Assembly: GCF_004752005.1 (NCBI RefSeq)
Contig: NZ_CP038493.1
Span: forward strand, 1,116,302-1,140,301
Source: Thalassotalea sp. HSM 43
GTDB lineage: Bacteria; Pseudomonadota; Gammaproteobacteria; Enterobacterales; Alteromonadaceae
DNA length: 24,000 bases
Direction of reading: 5' to 3'
The notes beneath the pieces were generated by a model. The model was not told where the DNA came from. It saw only the letters and a program-made list of their open reading frames with translations, and did not search any database. Positions 1-9,812 of this stretch are shown in pieces; the stretch's first letter is position 1; each line of letters opens with the position of its first letter. A program made the position numbers and the translations under genes.

Positions 1-2
1 GT

Positions 3-1349
3 GTTTTTAAGCAAATACAGCCAGAGCAGCTTGATGAAGAAAGCAAAAACGCCTATTGGCATATTGCCCAACACATGCGTCGAGCTGGCCGAGACCAACA
101 TTATGTTGAGATGAACTTTGCCAGTAATGATCGACGCTACACCAGTTTTGGCGAAGAATATCGAGATGACAATAATGCCCAAGGTACGCTCACTTACATG
201 GGCGAGCGATTAGCCGCGCGATTATCAGTAACCGTGGTAAACGATCCCGAAGACGATGAAGAAGCGCGCATTGATGACAGCTATATCGCCGCGTTTTGGG
301 GTAATTGGGTCTTTAGTGCTGGCGCATACAGCCGCTGGTGGGGTCCCGGCTGGGATACCAACCTAGCCTTAACCAACAACGCTCGACCAATGCCCGGTTT
401 GGCCATCACCCGCAAAACCTCTGAACCGTTCAAGTTTCCTTTCACCGAATGGCATATCCCTTGGACGGCGACAACCTTTATGAATCAATTTGAAGATGAT
501 CGTCACGTACCAAACACCTTGTTGTGGGGCTTTCGTATGACCATCAAGCCTATGCCAAACCTAGAGCTCGGAGTTACACGTTTAGCACAATGGGCAGGTG
601 ATGATAGACCGAGTGATTTAAGCACTTTTTGGGACGTGCTTAAAGGCGACGACAACTGTGTATTGTCAGCCGCTGAGTGTGAGAAGCAAGGTCTCGAGCC
701 TGGCAACCAACTCGCCGGCGCGGATTTACGCTATAGCAATGTATTATTTGATCTCCCATTTTCAATCTATACCCAGGTTATCGGCGAAGATGGCAACAGC
801 AAAAACAGCGGCTTAATCGGTCAGAAAGTATGGACTCATGGTATCGATACGCAATTTCGCGCCCTAGATCATTACTGGCGTGCCTACCTCGAATATACCG
901 ACAGCTATACCGACTGTACACCTGCGAGTTTAGGCGAAGAAGACAGCCGTTATGGGGTTGGCGACTGTCTATATGAGCATCATATTTATCGCAGCGGCAT
1001 GCGCTATGAGCGCCGTGTGCTTGGTAATCTCTATGAAAATGACGCTGAAACCTATGTCTTGGGTTTTATCTCGCAATTGAACGAGTTATCCAGTTGGGAA
1101 GTCAAATTCAGATATCTTGATTTAAACTATGACAATAGTGATTGGTACCCAAACAACCCAGACTTAGGCAATACCTTAACTAAGATTAACGAAGAAGTGT
1201 TGATGGTCAGCGTTAAGTATCAATTGCGACAGGGGCATTTTAAATACACCATAGGCGGCGACTATAGCCAGTCGAGCTTTATTGAACCGGGTGTCGATGA
1301 CAGCTCAAAGCCTAATATCTACTTTAATGTCGAGTACAATTTAAAATAA
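3..1349 (+). CDS. wzi: Capsule assembly protein Wzi family (outer-membrane protein), 5'-truncated by window edge
   Basis: The frame is open from nt 3, with no stop before the listed ATG at 75, so the gene runs off the left edge. The translation carries the Wzi-family stretch YSRWWGPGWDTNLALTNNARPMPGLAI and a beta-strand-like alternating pattern through to the C-terminus. A hairpin terminator follows. Confidence 0.8.
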   Translation, partial: VFKQIQPEQLDEESKNAYWHIAQHMRRAGRDQHYVEMNFASNDRRYTSFGEEYRDDNNAQGTLTYMGERLAARLSVTVVNDPEDDEEARIDDSYIAAFWGNWVFSAGAYSRWWGPGWDTNLALTNNARPMPGLAITRKTSEPFKFPFTEWHIPWTATTFMNQFEDDRHVPNTLLWGFRMTIKPMPNLELGVTRLAQWAGDDRPSDLSTFWDVLKGDDNCVLSAAECEKQGLEPGNQLAGADLRYSNVLFDLPFSIYTQVIGEDGNSKNSGLIGQKVWTHGIDTQFRALDHYWRAYLEYTDSYTDCTPASLGEEDSRYGVGDCLYEHHIYRSGMRYERRVLGNLYENDAETYVLGFISQLNELSSWEVKFRYLDLNYDNSDWYPNNPDLGNTLTKINEEVLMVSVKYQLRQGHFKYTIGGDYSQSSFIEPGVDDSSKPNIYFNVEYNLK

Positions 1350-1390
1350 CCCGTCCGACTTAAGCTACCTTGAACGAGTTAAGCAAAGAC

Positions 1391-1424
1391 AAAAAATAAG
1401 GGCCCTTTAGGCCCTTGTTTTATT
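1391..1424. terminator. Bidirectional rho-independent terminator between convergent wzi and the TagF-like operon
   Basis: Perfect 7-bp stem AAGGGCC (1398-1404) / GGCCCTT (1410-1416) with a 5-nt loop. It is flanked by an A-run (1391-1396) on one side and GTTTTATT on the other, so it can terminate both strands. Confidence 0.8.
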
Positions 1425-2610
1425 CTAAGCCTTCCAGCTTATCTATTTTGCGTTTAAGCACCAATTGCAAATACATATTGCGTCTAAAATGGCGCCATGC
1501 ACTATCACGAATAAAGGTTTTGTATGGCACATCTTGGTATTCCTGCAGCAAATCCTCAATCGCTTCGGCTTGACGATCCGTGGCATGACCATCAGGCTGA
1601 AAAATCGAATAATGAAAAATCTCATTGCGCTTTTGCTGGTGAATATCAGCGGCCAAATTTTGCCTTAATATCGGTTCAATATCTGCGGCGCTGTACAACA
1701 CATCGCCAGCCTGCCATGCAAAGGTATTTGACGATATATCATCACTTGGCTTGTAGTGCTCAGGTGCTGGGTTCGCGTAGACAATTGGTCGGTCAAAGTG
1801 GAACCACTCGTAACAGGCCGATGAGATATCAGAAATCATCACATCCGATTGATCCATATATTGTAAGATGTTATCGGCATATAGGATCTTAATTCGATGT
1901 TCGAGATTATGCTGTTTAACATAGTCTTCCATCTGTTGGTTTACCGAGTCTGCCCCGCCTTGAACAAGTGCATGAAATTTAACAATTAAATTGATGTCTT
2001 CAGGCATGTTTTTGACCAAATCTAGGCCCCATAATGGCAAAGAACTTTCGCCATGCAATGAGAACCTATGGCCTTTTGCGCCATCTTTTGCTTCGGACAC
2101 CCATGTTGGTGCATACAACACGGTTGGCTTTCCATTATCAAACAATGGGGTGTAATCTAACGACGCATCAATTAGCGGATCAAATTTAGGGTACCCAATA
2201 ACCTCATAGCGTTTAATGTGCTCGACTAGATCAACCTTGGCGACTTTATCGACGGACTTCTGTCCAGGAAACAAAACCAAGTCATACATCGAAATATAGG
2301 CATTTTCTAAATAACGTTTATCCGATAAGCCGCCATGAAAAATTTCCACACTCAAACCAAAGTTCAGTGTTTTAAACATAGGGTAAACCACAGCGCGCAT
2401 CTTGTGCTTTTTTAAAAACGCGCGGGCTTTATTGCGATTACGAATGTAATAAGTACGTTCGCCAATCTCAGGATATTTTTCTTTGATGTAGTTAAGAATA
2501 TCTTTGCCACGCACAATTACCGGACCAGGCAACCGCTGTTGTAAGCGGTACACGGGCGGAAAATGCTGAATATTGTTATTTACGTAGTAAGCAACTTTGC
2601 AGTCAAACAT
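1420..2610 (-). CDS. CDP-glycerol/polyol-phosphate glycerophosphotransferase family protein (TagB/TagF-like)
   Basis: 396 aa. Glyphos_transf-type motif series read by eye: VEIFHGGLSDK, IGYPKFDP, TVLYAPTW, VKFHA, VMISDISSACYEWFHFDRPIVY. The ATG lies 4 nt after the stop of the upstream paralog. Confidence 0.85.
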   Translation of the reverse strand: MFDCKVAYYVNNNIQHFPPVYRLQQRLPGPVIVRGKDILNYIKEKYPEIGERTYYIRNRNKARAFLKKHKMRAVVYPMFKTLNFGLSVEIFHGGLSDKRYLENAYISMYDLVLFPGQKSVDKVAKVDLVEHIKRYEVIGYPKFDPLIDASLDYTPLFDNGKPTVLYAPTWVSEAKDGAKGHRFSLHGESSLPLWGLDLVKNMPEDINLIVKFHALVQGGADSVNQQMEDYVKQHNLEHRIKILYADNILQYMDQSDVMISDISSACYEWFHFDRPIVYANPAPEHYKPSDDISSNTFAWQAGDVLYSAADIEPILRQNLAADIHQQKRNEIFHYSIFQPDGHATDRQAEAIEDLLQEYQDVPYKTFIRDSAWRHFRRNMYLQLVLKRKIDKLEGLE

Positions 2611-2614
2611 GGCC

Positions 2615-3649
2615 TTATTTCCAACGGTAATATTTTAGTTTCTTGCGCATCTTCAAACGGCGCACCAAATTAAGAGGTTTGCTTTTTAAATGGCCTGTAC
2701 CCCGGGCAATTAAGTCATCTATGGCGTTAACAACACGCTCACTTGATTGACCGTCTCGGTATGGGTGGATAGCATCACAATGCTGTTCAATGTTCTGTAA
2801 TAGCTGTTGTTCGGCACTAAGAGCATAGCTCAATTGCTGCTCTAATTGCTCTGCTTCGGAAAAATTGATCATCCAAGATTCCGGGCGTCGATTTTTATAG
2901 GCGACAACGGGTTTATTTTGTAGTGCAAACTCCGCCAATATCGACGATGTATCCGACAACAAAACGTCGGAGGCTTGTAATAACGGAATCAAATTGCCGG
3001 TTTCTAAAAAGCGTAAATTGTCACTTTCCAACGCTTTAAACATGGCAATTTCTTCTGCGGTCGCTTTAGGATGTAATTTAACTATCCAATGCCATTCTTT
3101 ATTGACACTAAGATGTTTGATTTGTTCATACAAATCATAGGTACTGGTCAGTTTTGGCGAGAACGTTGGACCATAAAATATCAAGGGTTTGTCGCTGCGA
3201 TAGCTTTGCGTATCGGCATGCTCAGTAAACAAGGGATCAAGCTTTGCCCAACCGGTTTCAACCACTTCGCAGGTGCCGTCATTAATTGCATTAAAGGCTT
3301 CGGTAATATTTGGCCCTTGAGTACAGTACAAATCAAAAAAACCGCGAATATTAAACTTATTTTTCTTGCCCGAATCAAAGCCATGAAACACTTGCACTTT
3401 GACTCCTGGGAAAAAATCAGGGATATAGTTACCCGGTGCGAGTACCGCATCGCTGTTATATTGTTTGACCGCTTTCATGTCGAGTAAGCGATTATCTGCC
3501 GCGTCAATAAAGGCTTCCGCTTCTGCGCCATCGGGTATAAACCACGCCACTTGATGACCGCGTTTTTGCAATTCTTGTTCGATCGGTCTTAAGACACTAA
3601 ATGAGTAAGATAAAGTGACATAGAACAAATATTTGTTGTTGGTGGTCAA
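2615..3649 (-). CDS. CDP-glycerol/polyol-phosphate glycerophosphotransferase family protein (TagB/TagF-like), paralog, TTG start
   Basis: 344 aa with the same motif series: VQVFHGFDSGK, GWAKLDP, LIFYGPTFSP, VKLHPK, VLLSDTSSILAEFALQNKPVV. The only start between the upstream in-frame stop (3665-3667) and the conserved N-terminus is TTG at 3649. It is preceded by a GGGGG Shine-Dalgarno-like run (CCCCC 3654-3658 on the + strand) with a 4-nt spacer. Confidence 0.8.
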   Translation of the reverse strand: MTTNNKYLFYVTLSYSFSVLRPIEQELQKRGHQVAWFIPDGAEAEAFIDAADNRLLDMKAVKQYNSDAVLAPGNYIPDFFPGVKVQVFHGFDSGKKNKFNIRGFFDLYCTQGPNITEAFNAINDGTCEVVETGWAKLDPLFTEHADTQSYRSDKPLIFYGPTFSPKLTSTYDLYEQIKHLSVNKEWHWIVKLHPKATAEEIAMFKALESDNLRFLETGNLIPLLQASDVLLSDTSSILAEFALQNKPVVAYKNRRPESWMINFSEAEQLEQQLSYALSAEQQLLQNIEQHCDAIHPYRDGQSSERVVNAIDDLIARGTGHLKSKPLNLVRRLKMRKKLKYYRWK

Positions 3650-3772
3650 ATTACCCCCAAAAGCTTATGAATTTGAATGTGTTAAGTGTATCACAGGGTC
3701 GCAACTATGGAATCGTTGCCGACAACAAAAAACCGATATAGAGGTTTGTACTCAAAAACCAATATTTTTCGG

Positions 3773-3801
3773 TTGACAGCGTCTAGTAAAGGCTCTAATG
3801 T
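3773..3801 (+). promoter_or_regulatory. Candidate sigma70 promoter of the leu operon
   Basis: TTGACA (3773-3778), a 17-bp spacer, then TAATGT (3796-3801). It lies about 40 nt upstream of the leader peptide ATG. The call is by motif only. Confidence 0.6.
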
Positions 3802-3839
3802 TAAGCAATAACGTGTTTTAGAATAAAAACCCTATTTTT

Positions 3840-3917
3840 ATGAATAAGTATTTTAGTGCAACTTTATTACTGATTCTCCTGCTACCTTTTGGCCGCGGGC
3901 GTTTATTGGTGCATTAA
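3840..3917 (+). CDS. leuL: leu operon leader peptide (25 aa, MNKYFSATLLLILLLPFGRGRLLVH)
   Basis: This small ORF is absent from the ORF track. 8 of its 25 codons are Leu, including the run LLLILLL (UUA UUA CUG AUU CUC CUG CUA). It sits between a promoter-like motif and an intrinsic terminator directly upstream of leuA, the classical attenuation layout. No clear Shine-Dalgarno is present. Confidence 0.75.
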   Translation: MNKYFSATLLLILLLPFGRGRLLVH

Positions 3918-3934
3918 AACAAACCAGTTAAACG

Positions 3935-3966
3935 AAAAAACCCGCACATAATACTGCGGGTTTTTT
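3935..3966 (+). terminator. leu attenuator (rho-independent terminator in the leader)
   Basis: Stem CCCGCA (3941-3946) / TGCGGG (3955-3960) with an 8-nt loop, an A6 run before it (3935-3940) and a T6 run after it (3961-3966). It lies 60 nt upstream of the leuA ATG. Confidence 0.85.
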
Positions 3967-4026
3967 CGTTTAACGGCTTTAATTAACGTGAACAGCAATA
4001 CCTCAAGATGAGTAAAGGACACAGCT

Positions 4027-6677
<2,651 letters not shown>

Positions 6678-6700
6678 TCGTAAAGGAGTTATACAACATC

Positions 6701-8095
6701 ATGGCTACCACCTTGTATGAAAAGTTATGGCAGCGTCACTTAATTGAAGCTGTTCAAGGCGAAACACCGCTAATTTTTGTCGACCGTCATTTGGTACACG
6801 AAGTTACCTCACCGCAAGCGTTTGCAAACTTAGCGTTTCATAATCGCCCTGTGCACAGTCCGGCGCGAACCATTGCGACCATGGATCACAACATTTCCAC
6901 GAAAAGCTGTGACATTGATGCCGCCGGTGAAAATGCTGCAAACCAGTTAAAGACGCTTGAGAAAAACTGTCAAGAATTTGGCATCGAGCTCTATGGTATG
7001 GGTCACAAGAACCAAGGTATCGTTCATGTTATTGGTCCTGAGCTTGGCCTAACGTTGCCAGGCCAAGTAATCGTATGTGGTGATTCGCATACCGCGACTC
7101 ATGGCGCATTCGGTGCATTAGCATTTGGTATCGGTACCTCGGAAGTTGAGCATGTTTTAGCAACACAAACCTTGCGTCAAAACAAAGCCAAAACCATGAA
7201 CATCCACGTTACCGGTGACGTTCAACACGGTATTACCGCCAAGGATATTATCTTAGCGATTATTGGCGCAGTTGGTCACGCTGGTGCAACAGGCTATGTG
7301 GTGGAATATACCGGCAAGGCGATTCGTGATTTAACCATGGAAGAGCGCATGACGGTATGTAATATGAGTATCGAATTTGGCGCCAAAGCGGGCTTAATAG
7401 CCCCTGACCAAACCACCTTTGATTACTTATGTGATAAAGAATTTGCCCCGAAAGGCGGTGTTTGGTTGGAAGCGGTTAATGATTGGCAAACATTGAAAAC
7501 CGATGCCGATGCAACATTTGATCATGTTGTCACAATCGATGCTGCCAGCATTAAGCCGCAAGTTACCTGGGGCACAAACCCTGGCCAAGTTGCAGCGATT
7601 GATGATGTAGTGCCAGCACCGGAGCAATTTAGCGATCCGGTTGAGCGTGAATCTTGTGTTAACGCATTAAGCTATATGGATTTAACGCCAGGCACAAAAA
7701 TCAGCGACATCAGTGTTAATAACGTCTTTATTGGCTCATGTACTAACTCTCGCATTGAAGATTTGCGAATTGCCGCCAAAGTTATTGCCGGAAAACAAGT
7801 CGCCAGCGGTGTCACCGCCATTGTCGTACCAGGCTCTTATCGAGTTAAGCAACAAGCAGAGCAAGAAGGACTGGCGCAAATATTCACTGCCGCGGGTTTT
7901 GAATGGCGCTTGCCAGGTTGCTCGATGTGTTTGGGTATGAACGATGACAAACTAAGCGAAGGTGATCGTTGTGCTTCAACCAGCAACCGTAACTTTGAAG
8001 GTCGTCAAGGACGTGGTGCTCGCACCCATCTTGTTAGCCCAGCGATGGCTGCAGCGGCTGCTGTTGCCGGTCATTTTACAGAAGTCAGTGTTTAG
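6701..8095 (+). CDS. leuC: 3-isopropylmalate dehydratase large subunit
   Basis: 464 aa. Starts [10 protein letters not shown] and carries the aconitase-family Fe-S ligand contexts VCGDSHT, GSCTNSR and GCSMCLGMN. Confidence 0.97.
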   Translation: MATTLYEKLWQRHLIEAVQGETPLIFVDRHLVHEVTSPQAFANLAFHNRPVHSPARTIATMDHNISTKSCDIDAAGENAANQLKTLEKNCQEFGIELYGMGHKNQGIVHVIGPELGLTLPGQVIVCGDSHTATHGAFGALAFGIGTSEVEHVLATQTLRQNKAKTMNIHVTGDVQHGITAKDIILAIIGAVGHAGATGYVVEYTGKAIRDLTMEERMTVCNMSIEFGAKAGLIAPDQTTFDYLCDKEFAPKGGVWLEAVNDWQTLKTDADATFDHVVTIDAASIKPQVTWGTNPGQVAAIDDVVPAPEQFSDPVERESCVNALSYMDLTPGTKISDISVNNVFIGSCTNSRIEDLRIAAKVIAGKQVASGVTAIVVPGSYRVKQQAEQEGLAQIFTAAGFEWRLPGCSMCLGMNDDKLSEGDRCASTSNRNFEGRQGRGARTHLVSPAMAAAAAVAGHFTEVSV

Positions 8096-8104
8096 GAGTT
8101 AACA

Positions 8105-8701
8105 ATGGATAAGTTTACAAGTCATACCGGTAAGGTTGTTGCATTGGATCGTGCCAATATTGACACCGACCAAATCATTCCAAAACAGTTTTTGCAAAAA
8201 ACGACACGCACTGGTTTCGCCGAACATTTGTTCCATGACTGGCGCTATCTTGATTACCATGGTACCGAGCCGAACCCAGATTTTGTCTTAAACAAACCGG
8301 AAAGTACCGGCGCCAGCGTGTTATTGGCACGGGAAAACTTTGGTTGTGGCTCATCTCGTGAGCATGCGCCATGGGCGATTCAAGAGTTCGGCTTCAAAGC
8401 TGTTATAGCGCCGAGCTTTGCCGACATCTTTTTTGGCAACTGCATCAACATTGGTATGGTCCCTGTTGTGTTAGCCGCTGATGTTATAGATAGCTTATTT
8501 GCTGACTATCACCAATCTGAACTGCAATTGACCGTTGATTTAACCAGCATGACGGTAAAACACGGCAACAACCAATACCCGTTTAGCTTGACTGAATTTC
8601 AACGCTATTGCCTACAAAACGGTATTGACGCGGTTGGTTGGACTTTACAAAAGAAAGACAAGATCAAAGCCTATGAAGAAGCGCTACCCGCTTGGCAATA
8701 G
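8105..8701 (+). CDS. leuD: 3-isopropylmalate dehydratase small subunit
   Basis: 198 aa. Contains the aconitase swivel-domain motif NFGCGSSREHA. TAGGAG Shine-Dalgarno upstream; follows leuC by 9 nt. Confidence 0.97.
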   Translation: MDKFTSHTGKVVALDRANIDTDQIIPKQFLQKTTRTGFAEHLFHDWRYLDYHGTEPNPDFVLNKPESTGASVLLARENFGCGSSREHAPWAIQEFGFKAVIAPSFADIFFGNCINIGMVPVVLAADVIDSLFADYHQSELQLTVDLTSMTVKHGNNQYPFSLTEFQRYCLQNGIDAVGWTLQKKDKIKAYEEALPAWQ

Positions 8702-8728
8702 CTTAATGTTCAAACCATAATCCGAAAC

Positions 8729-8764
8729 AAAAAAAGAGAGCTTATACGCTCTCTTTTTTATTTT
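8729..8764. terminator. Bidirectional rho-independent terminator after leuD (also the nearest terminator for gspB)
   Basis: A7 run, stem GAGAGC (8736-8741) / GCTCTC (8748-8753) with a 6-nt loop, then T6 followed by ATTTT. The A/T runs extend the stem to about 12 bp, and it is symmetric enough to work on both strands. Confidence 0.85.
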
Positions 8765-8849
8765 CATGTCTTTACCTAGGCACCGTGGCGGTAATGACAA
8801 TTTGCCTAGACGTATGCTTAGACACCCTATCTAGCAGAGCCCTAGAGCC

Positions 8850-9809
8850 CTACCATGACGATAGCGCCTGCATACTAAAGCGCATGCCTTTGTACTGCAT
8901 GATCACCAATTGTGGCTCGATACGCTCGATGGTGATGCCTTCTTGAGTAATATTACCGGTATAATAGTCTTTATCGTTGAGACGAACCCAGCTGGTGGCA
9001 GAATCTGAGGTATACATATGCAATGAAAACACCAGTTCCGGTAATTCATTATGCAGCCAACTAGGCATTTGCCCCAATGGTTTAACGCGTTCCACCGGCT
9101 TTTGTTCGGCGACCGGCTCTGCACCACTCTCCGCTGTCATCGTCTCATTCAACGCATTCTCGACCGCAGCCAATAATTTAGGGTCAACACCTTGCAACTC
9201 ATCGGTATTTAGCGAGAACTTTGGCTCCTCAACTACAGGTTCAGGCTCAGCACGATTACTGTTTGCCTCTTGCGCTTGTTGGTTTTGTTTGTCTTGCAGA
9301 GCTAATAAAGATTTGATTTGCTGCTGCAATTGCTGATTTTGCGCTTGTTTTTCCGCGGCAATGCGATCGCTTTGCTGTTTTGCCAATAATGCTTGTTCAG
9401 TTCGTTTTTGTTCAACATTGGCAAGTCGTTGCTCACGCATTTGCTGATTAAACGCCGCGCCATCAATAAAATGTGCGTGCATTGGTTCATTAACATTAAG
9501 GCTAATCAACTCTTCGGGCTCAGCCGTTGTTGTTTGACTAAGTTGTTGCTCTAATAATTGGCGTTGTTGCGTTAATTGATAGGCTTGCATACCGCCCATA
9601 AAGAAATAACCGAGCGCCCCACTTAACACAATAGTCAGCATCACAAACAGTGGTGTTTGCCAGTTGACACCGTCGCTGTCTACTGCCGTTGCTTGCCCAG
9701 GTTGCTGCAACTCTTGCTGCAAGTCATCCGCTGCCAGCGATGGCACTGTATCTTGCTTATTGTCGGCTTGGTTATCGTTTTTTTGTAATGAGGATAAAAT
9801 AAATGACAT
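8850..9809 (-). CDS. gspB: Type II secretion accessory protein GspB/ExeB-like
   Basis: 319 aa. It has the N-terminus MSFILSSLQK, one TM segment (LFVMLTIVLSGALGYFFMGG), a long Gln-rich coiled-coil-like region, and a C-terminal ~60 aa fitting the GspB C-terminal domain pattern (LPELVFSLHMYTSD...WVRLNDKDYYTGNITQEGITIERIEPQLVIMQYKGMRFSM). The ATG is 3 nt after the gspA stop, with GGAGA inside the gspA 3' end. Confidence 0.75.
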   Translation of the reverse strand: MSFILSSLQKNDNQADNKQDTVPSLAADDLQQELQQPGQATAVDSDGVNWQTPLFVMLTIVLSGALGYFFMGGMQAYQLTQQRQLLEQQLSQTTTAEPEELISLNVNEPMHAHFIDGAAFNQQMREQRLANVEQKRTEQALLAKQQSDRIAAEKQAQNQQLQQQIKSLLALQDKQNQQAQEANSNRAEPEPVVEEPKFSLNTDELQGVDPKLLAAVENALNETMTAESGAEPVAEQKPVERVKPLGQMPSWLHNELPELVFSLHMYTSDSATSWVRLNDKDYYTGNITQEGITIERIEPQLVIMQYKGMRFSMQALSSW

Positions 9810-9812
9810 GAC

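Noticed and set aside
334-341. E. coli Chi sequence GCTGGTGG inside wzi.
   Set aside because: It is a single occurrence of an 8-mer. Chi sequences are lineage-specific, and there is no reason to think this organism uses the E. coli octamer.
1524-1892. Long antisense ORFs in the six-frame track: 1524-1892, 3089-3487, 3903-4226, 8977-9336, 13668-14036, 18102-18437, plus the shorter ones.
   Set aside because: Each lies entirely opposite a gene with strong family motifs. Their translations are low-complexity or Cys/Arg-rich with no recognisable motif. None has a convincing Shine-Dalgarno. The 8977-9336 ORF is simply the complement of the Gln-rich (CAA/CAG) part of gspB.
3667-3741. 24-aa ORF (MNLNVLSVSQGRNYGIVADNKKPI) upstream of the leu promoter.
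   Set aside because: It has no SD and no regulatory-codon bias. It lies upstream of the candidate leu promoter, so it is not part of the leader. Nothing distinguishes it from chance.
1377-3808. A 9-bp direct repeat, GTTAAGCAA, at 1377-1385 and 3800-3808, flanking the TagF-like pair; possible insertion footprint.
   Set aside because: My rough estimate is about 0.1 such matches by chance between the two flanking regions. No integrase, transposase or inverted repeats accompany it. The second copy overlaps the -10/TSS region of the leu promoter. This is not enough to claim a mobile cassette.
8776-8845. A cluster of four CTAG tetranucleotides, plus the short direct repeats GCCTAGAC/GCTTAGAC and CCCTA x3, in the gspB 3' UTR region.
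   Set aside because: There is no dyad symmetry, no ORF, and no promoter or terminator logic, since it sits between a stop codon and the shared terminator. I cannot attach a function. It may be worth a genome-wide motif count, but it is not supportable as a feature.
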